Part shown: positions 51,251 through 64,000 of the stretch, in pieces | Layout: the number at the start of each line of letters is the position of its first letter | How positions within the stretch are numbered: position 1 is the first letter of the stretch | NCBI GenBank assembly: GCA_047495785.1 | Contig: JBLDXI010000024.1 | Coordinates: 3,224,001 to 3,288,000 of the forward strand | DNA from: Lepidodermella squamata | Lineage: Eukaryota; Animalia; Gastrotricha | DNA length: 64,000 nt | Reading direction: 5' to 3' | Made by a program: the position numbers and the translations under genes | Notes under the pieces: model-generated | What the model saw: the letters and a program-made list of their open reading frames with translations, nothing else | Told to the model about the DNA's origin: nothing | Databases searched by the model: none

Positions 51251-52083
51251 TTAGCTTCCTTGTGTGCAATAATCGACGGCCATGTTGTTGATGGTGGACG
51301 AGCCCATCGTGTTTTTAGCCGTGGTCGCCTTCGCTATGAAAAGACCGGCACAGCAACCGCTGAAACTTGAATAAGACACAGCACTAACAGCAAGCTGACC
51401 TGACTGTAAAATGTCAACGTGAAATATAGTCATTAGTGTGGACAAAAATTACGCCAGCTGATGCAAGTAAGGTGTTGAAAGTTCCGTCACAGGTGTACGG
51501 AAATCGGAAGCAACGGCCGAGAGTTGATCCGGCATTCTGACATATCTTGAATGGACTCGCATCGTTTCCAGCGAAACAAGCAGCCTGGGATGCAGGAGCA
51601 GGGGTAGGTGCGGCGAACGCCACTGTCTCATAGACGACATTATTGGTCGGCGTCAAAGACCCGCAACAGGCTGAAAACGTATCGAATGTTTGGCCTGAAA
51701 CAGCCTGCCAAATTCAAGTTACATGAAATGAAATTTCCAATTATGGAGAGACTATTACCGTTCCGCCGTTGATCAAGGAACAAGCAGAGCCTGCTGTGCT
51801 CAGGCAGTATTTGACCGCAACTGAAACCGGGGCTGGCGTTGTGATTTGGCATTGGCTGTATTGAGCCTGTGAATGCGATTTCTCTATCAATCGTCAGTGG
51901 TTTCAAATTGAGATAACTCACAGAAGTGGCGCAGGTTTCAGAGCTTGAACAGCCAACTTGCGAGCAGCTCTGGGTCCCTGTGCAAACTGACCCAGTTGAT
52001 GGGCATGGCGTGGTTGTTGAGGGAGGGCAACAAAAAGATGCTGCAACAAACATTACGACTACGATTAGCAACCTGGCTACCAT
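51251..52083 (-). CDS. Secreted 18-Cys protein, subtype A (copy 2), 4 exons
   Basis: CPPSTTTPCP..|AQYSQC..PAP..VAVKYCLSTAGSAC|..TFSACC..ACFAGND..RFPYTCDG|SGQL..CCAGLF..AKNTMG..VDYCTQGS*. Confidence 0.8.
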
Positions 52084-52428
52084 TTTATTCCAGAAAATTC
52101 AAAAAACTTGTGTTGACAATGGCAAAGTGCAGCCTTCATATAGCTGGATTCGAGTGCATCCGAACGAGAAAAAAGATGATGGAGGCGTATTAACTCGAAA
52201 GCAGCGCCATAATTAGGCAGTGATGAGGGAATTCGAAGTGGCAAACTAGCAAAACCAATGTCAAGTTTCAAATCGACTCTGATGATTTTTTTAATTTCTG
52301 GATCAATCCAAGCAACCTATGAGAAATTCAATACGGTAAATCGGCGTCATTAGGGTCGGTCCCGGGGTTCAGGCTGCATATTAAGTGGCTGAAAACAACA
52401 CATTTGCTGGATTTTTCTAATCAAAGTA

Positions 52429-53264
52429 ATGCTGTTTCTTGGAATTGCTCTTTTGGCACTGGCTTCGGCCTGTTATGCTTGCCCGGCATCCACCTCAACA
52501 CCGTGTCCAACTGCTGGTACTTGCCCAACTAACCAAGCTTGCTACGCAGCCGCCTGTCCAAGCTCTGGAACTTTCTGCCGCTCTTCGGTTCAAACAATTT
52601 CTCTTCAGACGATTTAAAAAATTAATATTCTTGACTTTTAGAGCCAATTCACATTATGCTCTGTCACTACTCAGGTCATCGGAGAAACGGCAACCTACTG
52701 TTTATCTACGCCTGGATTGGCGTGCAATACGCTGACTGGAGGAGCTGTGAGTTGATGTGCATTGAAAAATGGCAACCTTTTTACTTCAGATCTTTCTTTG
52801 CAGCCTGCAACGCCAGCCGGGAGTTACGGCACTTTTGCCGATTGTTGCAGTGCTGTCGGAACAGTAATCGCTAGCACGTCGAATGCTGCGGTTCAGTATA
52901 TTCAGATGAGTTTTGGCAGCCCAGCTTCTCCCGCGGCGGCCTGCGTTGGAACAGCCGATGCATCTCCGTTTAAAGTGTGCGTTTCTACGGTTGGAAGTTC
53001 GGCCGGTGCTCGTTGCCTTCGCTTTCCGAAAACTTGCGCCTCTGGCACCACTTTGATGGCTGCACCCATTGTATAATGCTTAAAGTTATCAAGCAGTTTG
53101 TTGTCATGAACGTTTTTCCTTAGAATCCTGGATCACTCAACCAGATGAACTGGGCCTCCTTCCAACAATGCTGCGCTGGTATTTCATCTGCCGGGACCAA
53201 TGCTGTGCAGCACTCTTCGCAGACGTTTTACGGCTCACCAGTAGAACAGTGCCTAGTAGTCTAA
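52429..53264 (+). CDS. Secreted 18-Cys protein, subtype B (copy 2), 4 exons
   Basis: CPASTSTPCP..|SQFTLC..ATYCLSTPGLAC..LTGG|..TFADCC..QYIQMSFGSP..CLRFPKTC|NPG..QCCAG..GSPVEQCLVV*. Confidence 0.8.
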
Positions 53265-54720
53265 GGTGCAGCAAAGCAACTAAACGGCTATCACGCGTTT
53301 CACTTTGATGACTACTTCTATTTCGGATGATTAATGATTGATGATTGATGATATTAGAGGCATTAAAAAAACTGTATAACAAACTGAATAAAAGGTCTTC
53401 AAAGCGATTTGTGCTGAAGATTTGACGCTTGGTGACCAGCTGATCAATGATCAAGGTCTTGCTAGCGGCTGATTTCATCTCTGATGTTCACCGCTGATGT
53501 TACAAGAGATTCCTATGTTGAAGGCACCTCATTAATATATTCATAATCCTGAAACTACCCAAAAATCTTCGTCAAAGCCATTACTAGTGCCCGTGAAAGT
53601 GTAAAATTCTGGAATGTTTTGGAACGAAAATGAAGGTTCATCTCGCAAAACTGTATTCATGTAATTCATGTAATTCATATACTTGTATATCTATCACCCT
53701 TAGATAGGAGATCATATCGCTTAACATTTCTTAACATATTGTCTTTCCACCAATCTGTTCTTGAAAGTTTTCTTCAGGAAAGATCGCACGCGGTGAGTCA
53801 TTTTGATTGGCTGCGTGCTATTTTTGCGTGCTATTTTTGCGTGCTATTTTTTAAATATTTTATTTTTCGCTCAAAACAAAAAAGCATAATTAAGCCGAGC
53901 GCACTTGGCACTTGGCCAAGCACTAAGTAGGTAGAAAAAAATCTGTTTATCTCTCATTGCCGGTCAAAGAAGTGCGATTCTTATTAAGCGCTAACCGCGT
54001 GAGCACGGCAAAGAGAGCGTAAGAACAATGGTCATGTTTTAGTTTTTATTTCAAGTCGTGCTGATAGTACACAGCGGAGAAGCAGATAAATTTTTTAATT
54101 GTCGATGCTGTAGCCATCATATAACATCTCGAAATGCACTCAACAGGTGGCGCTAAAATGAAAAAAAATCGTAATTACAGCAACCTGGTGAAAATTGTGT
54201 TTACCACGGCCGTCGCCCTGTTTATTTGAAGTTGAAAAATTAACCTCAATTAACCTTAGGAAAGTGATTGTGGCTTTGGCTACCAAAGGCACTGAATCAA
54301 ATTTGATATTTGAATGGAAATTGGAGTGATTTTAGTCATTTCAATCCAAAAATAATGAACAGCTGAAAGTCTGCCTGGGCGCAGAGTTCATGAATCAGAA
54401 GGCGGCATCTTAAATACAAAATCGGAATGGCTATTCGTACATAAATATGTACGCGAATTTGGCTATTCATACACATGGAGGAAACACACCTGAGACCACG
54501 AAAAACGGAATATGGCGTAGTATTGACCCGCACATTTTTATGAGGGAGTGGATATTCGCACACATTCTAGTACAGTTTTACGACTATTCGTAAATATTTT
54601 CAGAAAATGAAACTGCATTATTTTTATTCTCATTTGCATCATTCAAACCTTTTTCATGATCAATATTCGGTGTTATCATTAAGTATCTTAACGAATACTA
54701 GGTTTCAGTTCAACTAAGGA

Positions 54721-56667
54721 TTAGGACTTTGGGCTTCGGTCTTCGGCCGCGTTTTTCGATGATGGGAAGACGGTTGCATACTGACTTTCGAGGCAGCTAA
54801 TAAGGTAATTTCGCATGTCCGTAGAGGATTTGAAGCAGGTCACACCAGGATCGCCGCCATCGATGAGAAGAAGTAAGCATGCAGCTGCGAAAATGCCGCA
54901 ATCGGTGCCGTTTGATTGCCTCGGACATGGCTCAAGGTGAACCTTCAGCCGCCCGTCTCCCATCAGCAACCGGTACCTATCCCTCAGTTGGGCGCGAAGC
55001 TCTTCATCCATTGACGTAGCCGGCAAAGAGTCATAAACTGCAACCTTGCGGTGGAAAGTAGTCGACAAAACCCAATGGGTGTTTCTGATGTTATGGAAAT
55101 AAAATCCTTGTTCGCCCGAACTGAAATTTGTGTGTAAAATTTTTGATGTCAAGCCGTGTCAAATAATTGCGGGTTTTCGGAACTAAACGGATGTAAATGG
55201 CCTGTTTTGGCGATGTATTTTGTTGTAAGGCTCGATAATAGCGGATGTATTCTGAAGGAAGCTGTTTTTTCGCGATGTAATCGGATGGGAGCAGGAACAA
55301 TCAGCTGCAAAACGGCTTACTTTTATTTACTTCACCTAAATTGCTGATGGAAATTGATGTAAAGCTGAAAATTCGCTGTTGTAAACCGATATCAGCGTTT
55401 TCCCTCGGACGAAACTCCGGACCGACCTCCCCGAGAGGGCTTCCATTTGTTTATTTCATGAAAATAGCCGAAGTAAATCGATGTAATGTGTTTCAGCGGC
55501 CAACTTATTTGGTGTTACATTCGAAAACATCGACACCGGAATCGGTATTGACTGCGTGTATTTCAAAGTACGCGAAATTAAGAAAATTATGGAAAAATCG
55601 CAGTGTCGCGGATTTTATTAAGGAGGCAAATGTATTCGCGAGTATGCAGAGATACGTGATTTTGGGCGATGTAAACCGACGGAAGATGTTAAAAACGCGA
55701 AATTTGATAAAAATTGAAAAAACGAATGACCGATGTTGCGTCATCTGTTTTTCCTTAAGGCATGCGATTGTCTCGAAAGCACGAAAGCCGAGCACGAACT
55801 GATTGAAATTAACTGGTCTTTGTCGACCAAGCAGACGCTCGGGCAATGCAGGTGCTTGAAGAGTTTGAAGGCTTCTCCCACGCTCTCGTCAGTTTCATCC
55901 AGCAGCATTGCTATTGCGCCAACTGCAGTCTTGCCATTGTCACCGTTGGTGAAACAGAAGAGGATCAATTTGTACTCAGCTTTGTTCGTTCCGAATGTAG
56001 TATCGATCACCATTGTCTTCGGCTTTTGCAGTTTCAGACGGGTCAGCATTGCAGGGGTGGAGAAAAACAAGACTTGAGTGAAGCCGTCTTGAGTTACCTT
56101 TTCAGCAACGAAGCCACCTTTTTGCTCGATAGTTTTGAGGAAGTCGTGCAACCGCTCCACTTTAACCTCGTCGCTGACGTCCAGAAGTTTCAAATTCGCA
56201 ACATGCTTCGAAGTAACAGGTTTTCCAATCATTGGCTTGATGTGTTTTGCTGCAGTTCGGTGTTTGATGCACATGTTGCGCGACGTTAACTCCTTTCGAA
56301 ACTGGTCCTTCTCTTCTTCTGTCAGCCTGCAATTCGCTTGATAAGTTGCGAAGTCATCGGCGTTCACCGTGTGGCCTGTGTGCCTAAAAACGGCAGTAGC
56401 TACATGCCAGAGTCCATCTTTCCTTAATGTAAGCGACAAACGCGCCTTGCGCACTCAGAATACAGATAACCTAAAGTTGTACTTGGGTTTCAATGCTCTA
56501 AGAATCAACATTTCCTTACCTTGGTTTTCTCGGACACCATTGCTCTTTGTCGCACGCTCAGTACTGTGGCAACATTCCACAATCAGTTGCTTGGGCATTG
56601 TTGAACGCTTTATGAAAGGCTGATGAGTTTGATCGCAATGCTTCTTCACCTTGCCACGGTTAGCCAC
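54721..56667 (-). mobile_element. Degenerate Mutator/MULE transposase with C-terminal Ulp1/SENP-like (C48) protease
   Basis: FAR1-like N-terminus (..HTGH), MULE core DTTFGTNKAEYKL..NGKT..VDKD, protease HWVL..YDSL..QSNGTDCGIFA. Interrupted around 55300-55745. Confidence 0.8.
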
Positions 56668-57002
56668 GCTGGCGTTCGCCTGGGCGAGGAGGATGGCGAT
56701 ACAGAATTGAAACCAGGGTGGCAGCCATTGCTAATTAGGACAAGACAAAGTAACGTAGATATCATTCTACCTATAGGTGAACTCTGAATATTAGATTGAA
56801 CGCGATTTCACAATGAACCCGTTTGAACCGAATTATAAGCTGAATTGTGGTTGTATAAAACAAGAGCTTCCAGCCTAATCTAACTAATGCCTGGGTTTCC
56901 AGTATAATCTGACCATGTTCAAAATATAATCGAGAAGCATAGCAAAGCAAATGTGGGTTGTATTCAGGATTAGACCTCATAAAAAAGATCCGATGTCCAG
57001 AG

Positions 57003-57436
57003 ACTTTGATTTGATTTGATTTGATTGTGATTTGATTTGATTTATGCCATTTTTTGATGATTTGATTTACTGATGATTTGATTTGCAAATGATTTAGCCC
57101 CCTTGATTTACTGATGATTTAGAGTATTCAACACTCTCGGAACTCCCCCTGTTGCCAAACATGAGAACTCACATTTGCCTCGAAAACACCTGTTTTCCAA
57201 TGTCTGGAGCAATTTAACTACTTTTAGACTCATTCTGCCATAACCGACCTTAAAATGTGAAAAATCTCTAGAAATGTACCCGAATACTCATATTTCGCTG
57301 GGCGAAAGATTTGATTTGATTTGATTTGATTTGATTGATTTACCGTGGATTTTTGGGTGATTTGATTTGAAGTGATTGATTTAACAAGACCTGTGATTTG
57401 CTGAAGAAATCAAATCAAATCAAATCAAAGTCACTG
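57003..57436. repeat. (gattt)n subterminal-repeat element fragments; related fragment at 30362-30473
   Basis: Arrays of gattt/aaatc with shared ends caagggg.taaatc and aaag(t)cactg. Confidence 0.5.
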
Positions 57437-58689
57437 CCGATGTCCTTATTATTTCAAACGACATCTTCAAAATTAAGGCCATTATTGATGAGAAATATAG
57501 AATGAAAGCTATCAAAATGTTGATCGAAATCTAAGAAAACTCGAAATCTTAGGTTAGCTGTAGATTAAAGACTTTAGCTTAATGAAAGTAGAAAGTGGTT
57601 TGAGAAGATAATATTTCCCCAAGACAGCGCGCTTCCTCCGGTCACAAGGGCATCAGCGTTTTCGCAAGGAATTTCATTAATGTGATGTGACGGTGACGAG
57701 CAGTATAACTGGTTCAATGCTAAAATATTTCATTTAACAACCTGAACACTTTTTTATTTATTTTTATTTATTTTTATTTTCTCGCTCAGTAGTAGACACG
57801 TTTGTATCTCCATTCATATATTGCTTTTCAAAAATTATTTATGGAAATTTATTTATTTCATCTCACTTATCTGGCTGATTTATGTTTGTTAAGCCTATTT
57901 AACCATATTTTTTACCACGTGTATGAATTTTTGAGAAATATGGAAGATTGCGGACATTTTCGTTCACGAAATGCAGAAAGTTGCATAATTTTGCTTAGAA
58001 AGAGTCGTTTTTGGCTAGGAAATGTTAGAAAAGTGGTTCGCAGGAAATTTTGCATGTTTTACAGACGGATTTATCGTTTCCTCCTGGCCTTTTGAAACTT
58101 ATACATGTTATGAATTTTTGATCCGAGTTTTCTCAATAAATATCATACATGATTTTAAGAAAATCAGCGGAGCAAAATCACTGATTTTTGGGAGCAAATG
58201 CCTATCTTTTGAAATAATTGCATTTGGTCGAATTCGAAAGTCCGTTCTAGTTATTAATTGTACTGTAAGGAAAAAGCATTTTAGCCAGCGGAACCCTTTC
58301 AATGAAAACCCTTTGGTTATACTTCGGAATGGCCATCATAATAATCAAGCCATCAAGCCGTTGGAATCAATCATTTTCATAATTTTATTATCTATTTTAA
58401 TCTATTATCGATCTATTTTAACATAGTATATTTAAACATGGCTATATCAGCCTATAGACAATCAGCGTCGACACCCGCATAGCGTACTGCAGGAAGTTGC
58501 TATTAGTAACAAGTGGCTCAATTTTTTCTTCGACCATCAAAATTGATCCATATCTCCCTTTCCATGATTAATTTCCGCCGCGACCGGAATACCATTGGAT
58601 ACCATGCAGCGAGCGGATGGCTTTTATTGTTGTCAGTATTCCAAACGGCGCGATGTAGATGCATTGATTTCTGTGCGAAACTGGCTGGC

Positions 58690-60513
58690 TAGTGATCGCT
58701 CGCCCAGAAGTAAAGTTCCTTGGCCATCGCATTTCCGCTTCTGGCGTGTCTCCGGACCCCGATCGCACCCGCGACATCGCGCTCTTTCCTCGCCCTACCT
58801 GCCGCCGGGATGTTCGCTCGTTCCTGGGCACCTGCAATTTTCTACGCGCCCATCTGCCTGACTTCGCGACCAGACTTTCGGTCTGGTCTTTGAAGTGAGA
58901 CCAAGACCATACCAAGACCATACAATTTTTCCGGTATCGGTCTTTTAAAGACCTTGCCGCTAATTTGGTATGGTCTTCGGTCTCATGGTCTTGAATTTGC
59001 CAAACGGAAAGAGATTGCGCGGAAAACGCGAAAAAATCAAATGTAATTAGGCCCTGGTCGCCTCAACCTCGCCGACGACCTCTCGCGGCCCTCGGTCGAT
59101 TCAGACGAGACCGGCTACACCTACGACGACACCGCCTTTCCCAACGCGACCTGCGCCCCCTCGTTGTCGGTAGCCGACTCGTTTCGCCTCGACCCGGCCG
59201 AGCTCCGTGCCGCTCAGCTAGACGACCCCGACCTTGGACCTGTCCTACGCCATCTCGACCTCGGCGAAGCTCTGCCTCAGCCGCTCTCTGCCGCATCCGC
59301 CTGTCTCTTTCGCCACCAGCGCGGTGCGGCGGTACTGTCGCGAGTGCGAGACCTGCAAGGTCCGGAAGGCGACGAATCAGTCTACAACCATGCCCTTGGT
59401 GCCGATCAGGCACGCCGACGAACCTTTCGCGCTAGTTTGTATGGACCTGGTCGGGCCGATCGAGCCGCCGAGCAGTCAGGGCCATCGCTGGTTGTTGACG
59501 CTATACGCGAACTTCCAAGCTGCTCGTCGCCTACCCGCTCCGTTCCACGAAAGCCCCAACCATTTGTGGCGTGTCTGGAACGGTTCATCAGCGATTTCGA
59601 GCTGTCGGCCGCTTTGCTGACGGACAGCGGCCCGAACGTGGACTCGTTCGCCGTGCGGGATTTCTGCGACAGCCTTGGCATTCGTAAGCTTCGAACCAGC
59701 CAGTACAACAGCCGCGGCAACGCCCTGGTCGAGCGCAGCCATAGGGTCCTGGCGGACATCATCGCCACCGGCATCGATAAGGCCAACCCGCGCTCGTGGC
59801 ACATCCAGGTGTTGCGTGCCCTACGCGCCTACGAGACGGCGGTGCACGAGGCGACCGGCGTCTCGCCCCATGAGTTGGTATACGGCTACCCGGCCCGCAC
59901 GGCTATCAAGCTTCTCGCCGGACCGCAGACAGGACCACTCGACGCGCCCACGGGTACGCCCGTTCAGCAGGTTGGCGCCAAGCGAGACCGGTTGGACGCG
60001 TTATGGCAGCACGACTCCGCGAACCTCGACCGCGCCCAAGCCCACCGCCGCGTCGCGACCGATCGCCGTGCCAACTCGCGCCGCTTCGCCGTCGGCGACA
60101 CCGTCGGGTTACTCCTGGAGGAACACGAGCGCAAGGGGAAGTCCGCGCCCCGCTACCGAGGTCCGTTTGTGGTCACCGCCGTCAACGAGGCCTACAACGA
60201 CTACCAGTTGGCCTCGATCGAAGATCCGACTACGACGCTCCCCTGGACGAACCGGCGTAAGCTGGTCTCGTTTCCGGCATCGACCTCGTCCCCGGCCTCC
60301 AAGGCCCCGTCGGAAGTGGCGCTCCCGACGCGTAACGAAGCGCCACTAGCTGTTCGGCGGCCTCTCATGCCTCTCGTGGAGGGGGAAGAAGGCGCCGAAG
60401 GCGCCAAGCTGCGCCTGACTGCCTCCCTGAAACAACCCGACCGCCTGAACGTCGGCCTGTTGATCCGCCTGGCCTTCCTAGCCGCGGAAATAGCCAAACG
60501 GCTTCGAAAGTAG
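58690..60513 (+). mobile_element. Ty3/Gypsy LTR retrotransposon pol remnant (RT tail and integrase), GC-rich
   Basis: EVKFLGHRIS..PDP..VRSFLG; YCRECETC, PFALVCMDLVGP, LTDSG, TSQYNSRGNALVERSH, TGVSPHELVYG, RYRGPFVV. Frameshifts and an insertion at ~58870-59055. Confidence 0.9.
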
Positions 60514-61058
60514 CCGCCTACTTGCCTGCGTGGATCTTGCCTGCATATGATGATATGACGTGTTAGGACGTGACGCTTTATGATAAATTAACTTACCTCC
60601 GGCTGCAACCCGGCCGCTTTTGACGAGCCTGTCTCTAGGCGGCGTCCCAGTTCTCGCACGGAATTTGATTTCGCCTCAGATTTTGCCTAGGAAGAAAGGC
60701 CGTCACTGATCTCGCTATATAGCATACCTTACCTCCTCGCGGCGCGCTGCACATTATTGTTGTACATACTATAATTGCTCCGGAGCTCCTTCTCTGTCGG
60801 TCTAATTGTCTCTTTTTGTCTCTTTTTTTGTACAAAGTATAAATACCTAGCATGAAAAGTGGGTAAAACTCCTGTTGATAATTCTTGTACAATGTGAAAA
60901 GGAAAAGTTTTTTTGCATCTAACTGCCATTTATATTTATATAACCTTTTCCACATATTTTACATATTGTTCGCATGTTGTTGAACCACCGCCATAAAACT
61001 TCAAACTAACCAAATACCCGCGTGGCAACCCGAATTTTATATCTCTCACTTCAAATGT

Positions 61059-61247
61059 ATATCGCTAGCGACGTTGAATAACTCGGATTTAGGCTTGTTT
61101 ACTTCCATTTCGAGGTGATAGACAAGTAAAAAGTCTTTGTTTTTGCCTCTTCATTCATTTGAAAAGCCGCGTTTTACTTGTCACCCGGGCCCTTCAACCG
61201 GATATAAACACGCCTAAATCCGAGTTATTCAACGTCGCTAACGATAT
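61059..61247. mobile_element. MITE with ~45-bp imperfect TIRs
   Basis: atatcgctagcgacgttgaataactcggatttaggc / gcctaaatccgagttattcaacgtcgctaacgatat. Confidence 0.75.
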
Positions 61248-61279
61248 GATACAGTTGTTTCATCGTATATATTTGTATA

Positions 61280-61967
61280 CCGTATATTCCGTAATAGCTT
61301 CATAGGCCCGTTATTACCGCCCGTCCCGTTTACAAACCCCCTTTTTGGACGTTTGAAAAAATAAAGCCTCATGCTCGCAATAGTTACCCCTGATATAATT
61401 TCAACATCGGATTTCTAAATTCTCATTCAAAAATAATTGCGCACCATTCATTTCTGCTGCGTTTCATTGCCATGTCGTCGCGAAAATGACGAAACATAGC
61501 TGAGAGAGGATTTAAGCAGCGAAATCTTCCAGATTAGTTATCGATTTGCTAGCAAACAAAAGCTTAAAACAACTCGAGTTTCAAATTTTAAAAACTATCT
61601 TTAAAATGACCGAAAACTCGCTCTGGGTCGTCGATGATGATGCTGTCGAACTGTTTCCGAGCTGGCAAACCCTGTGAAACTGGCTTCGACGTGCTGCAGG
61701 AAAAGCTCAAGATCGGCGGCCCTGCCTTCATCTTCATCGAGGAAGATGAAGAAGAGAATCAGAAGAACGAAAACGACATTTTTGATTTTGATGAATAATC
61801 CTGCAGCTTTTCAATTTATTGTCATTTTTAATCAACTTTAACACTTGAAAAATTACATTGAAACAATAAATTCTCATGCTCGTTTTTGTAGCACGTCTCG
61901 TTTACAACCCCCCCTTTTTGAAGCTTTGAAAATACAATCCCCCCTGAAGCTAATACGGAAAATACGG
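61280..61967. mobile_element. Non-autonomous Tc1/mariner-pogo element
   Basis: TA-CCGTATATTCCGTAATAGCTTC ... GAAGCTAATACGGAAAATACGG-TA; TA target duplication. Confidence 0.8.
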
Positions 61968-62501
61968 TATGTATTTTTTTTTACTATCTTGTACTTTCTT
62001 CCGAACTGTGGCATACCGGGAAACTCGCGATCTTTTCGCTTTCATCTCATCGTCTCGACATCCGACGCTTCGGCTTCATCGCAGTGGGGGAGAGTGTGGC
62101 GGTGACAGGTTGTAGCCCCGCCACGCTCTGTTAAACACGCGATTCGCGGTCGCGTGCGCTGCCCCTCTCTCCTCTCTCTTATTATCTAGTTGAATTTCTC
62201 TCATTGTTTCTATAACACTTTCATGAATTTTTACTTACCTACCTACGTACCTGGAACGCCCGTTCCGATCCTAGCCTCTTTGTTGCCTATCAAGTGATCG
62301 GTATGTTCCTAAATCTTATTTCCGTAGCCTCGGGCATACAATATTTTGTTATCAGGACGCGCTTACCTTTTATTCACCTGCATCTGCCCATTTTTTATTG
62401 CCTTGCCTTGTCATCGTCAGAACCCGGTATGCCAATCCGCTTAATCCCGCTGAACTGTCCTCTAAACATTTCCTTTGTACAGGGCCTTGCTTTGAGATAA
62501 T

Positions 62502-63109
62502 AAAAGGGCGAACTATCGACTTGAGTTCTCATTGTCAAACAATTCGTCCCCGCTACAATCCTGCTTTCATCTGGCTTGGCGATGGAGAATCAGGGAATTG
62601 GAGGTTGGAAGGGCGAAATTCTTTTCTCATTTCACTCATTTCACGTTAAAAGGCAAACAAACAAGTACGGTGGTTTATGGAGTCACCCTACGTCGGAATC
62701 TACCTATTACTTGACCAATCTCGCCTTGCCATGTGCAGTTCTGATGGCTGTAGAATTTGGGTCATTCCTAATGCCACCAGCTATGCCAGATCGAGCAGCG
62801 TTCTCGATGACTGTTATGCTAGCGATTTCTGTCGCACAATCAGGAGTTGCGAGTAATGTTCCGAAAACTGCGCAGAAAATCTTCCTGGCGGATTACATAT
62901 CTGGTCTAACGTGGCTATGTGGCGTTTGCACTCTGTATCAACTGGCTACTTGTTGCTATGAAAATGCAGCCAAGAAGATGGATCAAGATAAAATGCCTAG
63001 AGCTCTGCGAAAACTTGGTTTTGTGAGACTTCTTGATATTTGCTGTAGTTTAGGTATTGTTGCTTTTTCCGCAATTAATATTTACATGGCAGCAATTTAC
63101 ATCGCGTAA
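62502..63109 (+). pseudogene. 3' fragment of Cys-loop channel gene (copy 3), frameshifted
   Basis: Near-identical to 50470-51021 but with the Cys-loop partly deleted, indels before M1 and no upstream exons in the window. Confidence 0.85.
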
Positions 63110-64000
63110 TTAGGTATGAGACGCCAACGTAATGAGTGAATGTTTTGTTCATATGATGAAGTATTTTTCTTAAATAAAGTCGTATATACTTTATTTTATT
63201 TCAATCTTTTTTACAGTGCGTGTTATTTTTTAGTTATTGGCTGGACGCTACCCCTATCGGGTTAGCAACCAGAGACGGGGGAACGTACGGTTGTTCCTAG
63301 GGATGTGGGTTGCGAGTAGGCGAATGAGTCCCACTAAATAATTGCGCTATATCTAAAGTTGCCGGCTATAATATGTAGAAGGGAGCACTTTAGGCTAATA
63401 CTTTAGCTATACAATATTTCATGAATTCTGGCACACACGTGCGACAACCTAACGCTACCTCATCACGGCCGGAACTACCGCGGCCTAATGAGCGACCGAG
63501 TTATAGCGACTAGAGCTATAAGTCTAGCGAAGTCCCGAGGATTTTCCACACGGAAACTCTTTCTGCACCATAGGTATATTTAGTAGATAGAGATGGCGAG
63601 ACTACGGCCGTGCGAGATCTATACTGTAAAAAATAGGGGGGTGATTACCCCGAATTTACTCCATTCAATTGTATGGCGCTTGGGGGGTAAAATGCACACG
63701 GGGTGCATTGAAATTACTCCTCTGAGTTTTTTTCGTAAGGATTATTTACCACAGAGAGGGTAATTATCTTCCAGCATGTCTTTCATTGCTGAGGGGTAAT
63801 TACCCTGAAATTATTCTTAATTATTTCAATTAAATTTTTTGGAATTTATTTTTGAATAATTATTCAAATATATTATTTTAACTTATTCAATTAAATAATT
63901 AATTATTCGAATTAATAAGGAGGGTCCCAAGGTATCCGGATGGCACCAAAGGCCGCCGGGTTACCTTTGATAACACCGGAAAACGTAACACCCTTAACAC

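Noticed and set aside
57003-57436. Regularly spaced repeats as a possible CRISPR array
   Set aside because: Pentamer microsatellite-like units with no repeat-spacer structure, in a eukaryotic context with no cas genes.
59063-60497. Multiple overlapping Arg-rich ORFs
   Set aside because: Alternative frames of the GC-rich Gypsy integrase.

Overview
Gene-dense eukaryotic (invertebrate animal) DNA with many short GT-AG introns of about 45-60 nt, so most ORF-track entries are exon fragments; the gene models below were spliced by hand. Host genes: a stum homolog; a PAN-PAN-mucin-PAN protein; a NEK-like kinase fused to ankyrin repeats; a large C2-like protein; small secreted and ankyrin proteins; a microbial-type GH3 beta-glucosidase; a SOCS-box protein; a divergent UBE2L3-like E2; three related nuclear receptors (two DBDs, one DBD, LBD only); two tandem Cys-loop ion-channel subunits carrying two N-terminal L-type-lectin-like domains and a mucin stalk, plus a 3' pseudogene copy; and four members of an unrecognised 18-Cys secreted family arranged as two head-to-head A/B pairs. 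Mobile DNA: a CR1-type LINE, a MULE with a Ulp1-like protease, a Gypsy remnant and several non-autonomous TIR elements. Best candidates for undescribed systems are the lectin-fused Cys-loop channels, the duplicated bidirectional Cys-rich gene pair and the 2DBD/1DBD/0DBD nuclear receptor cluster. All family assignments come from motif recognition; no database searches were run.
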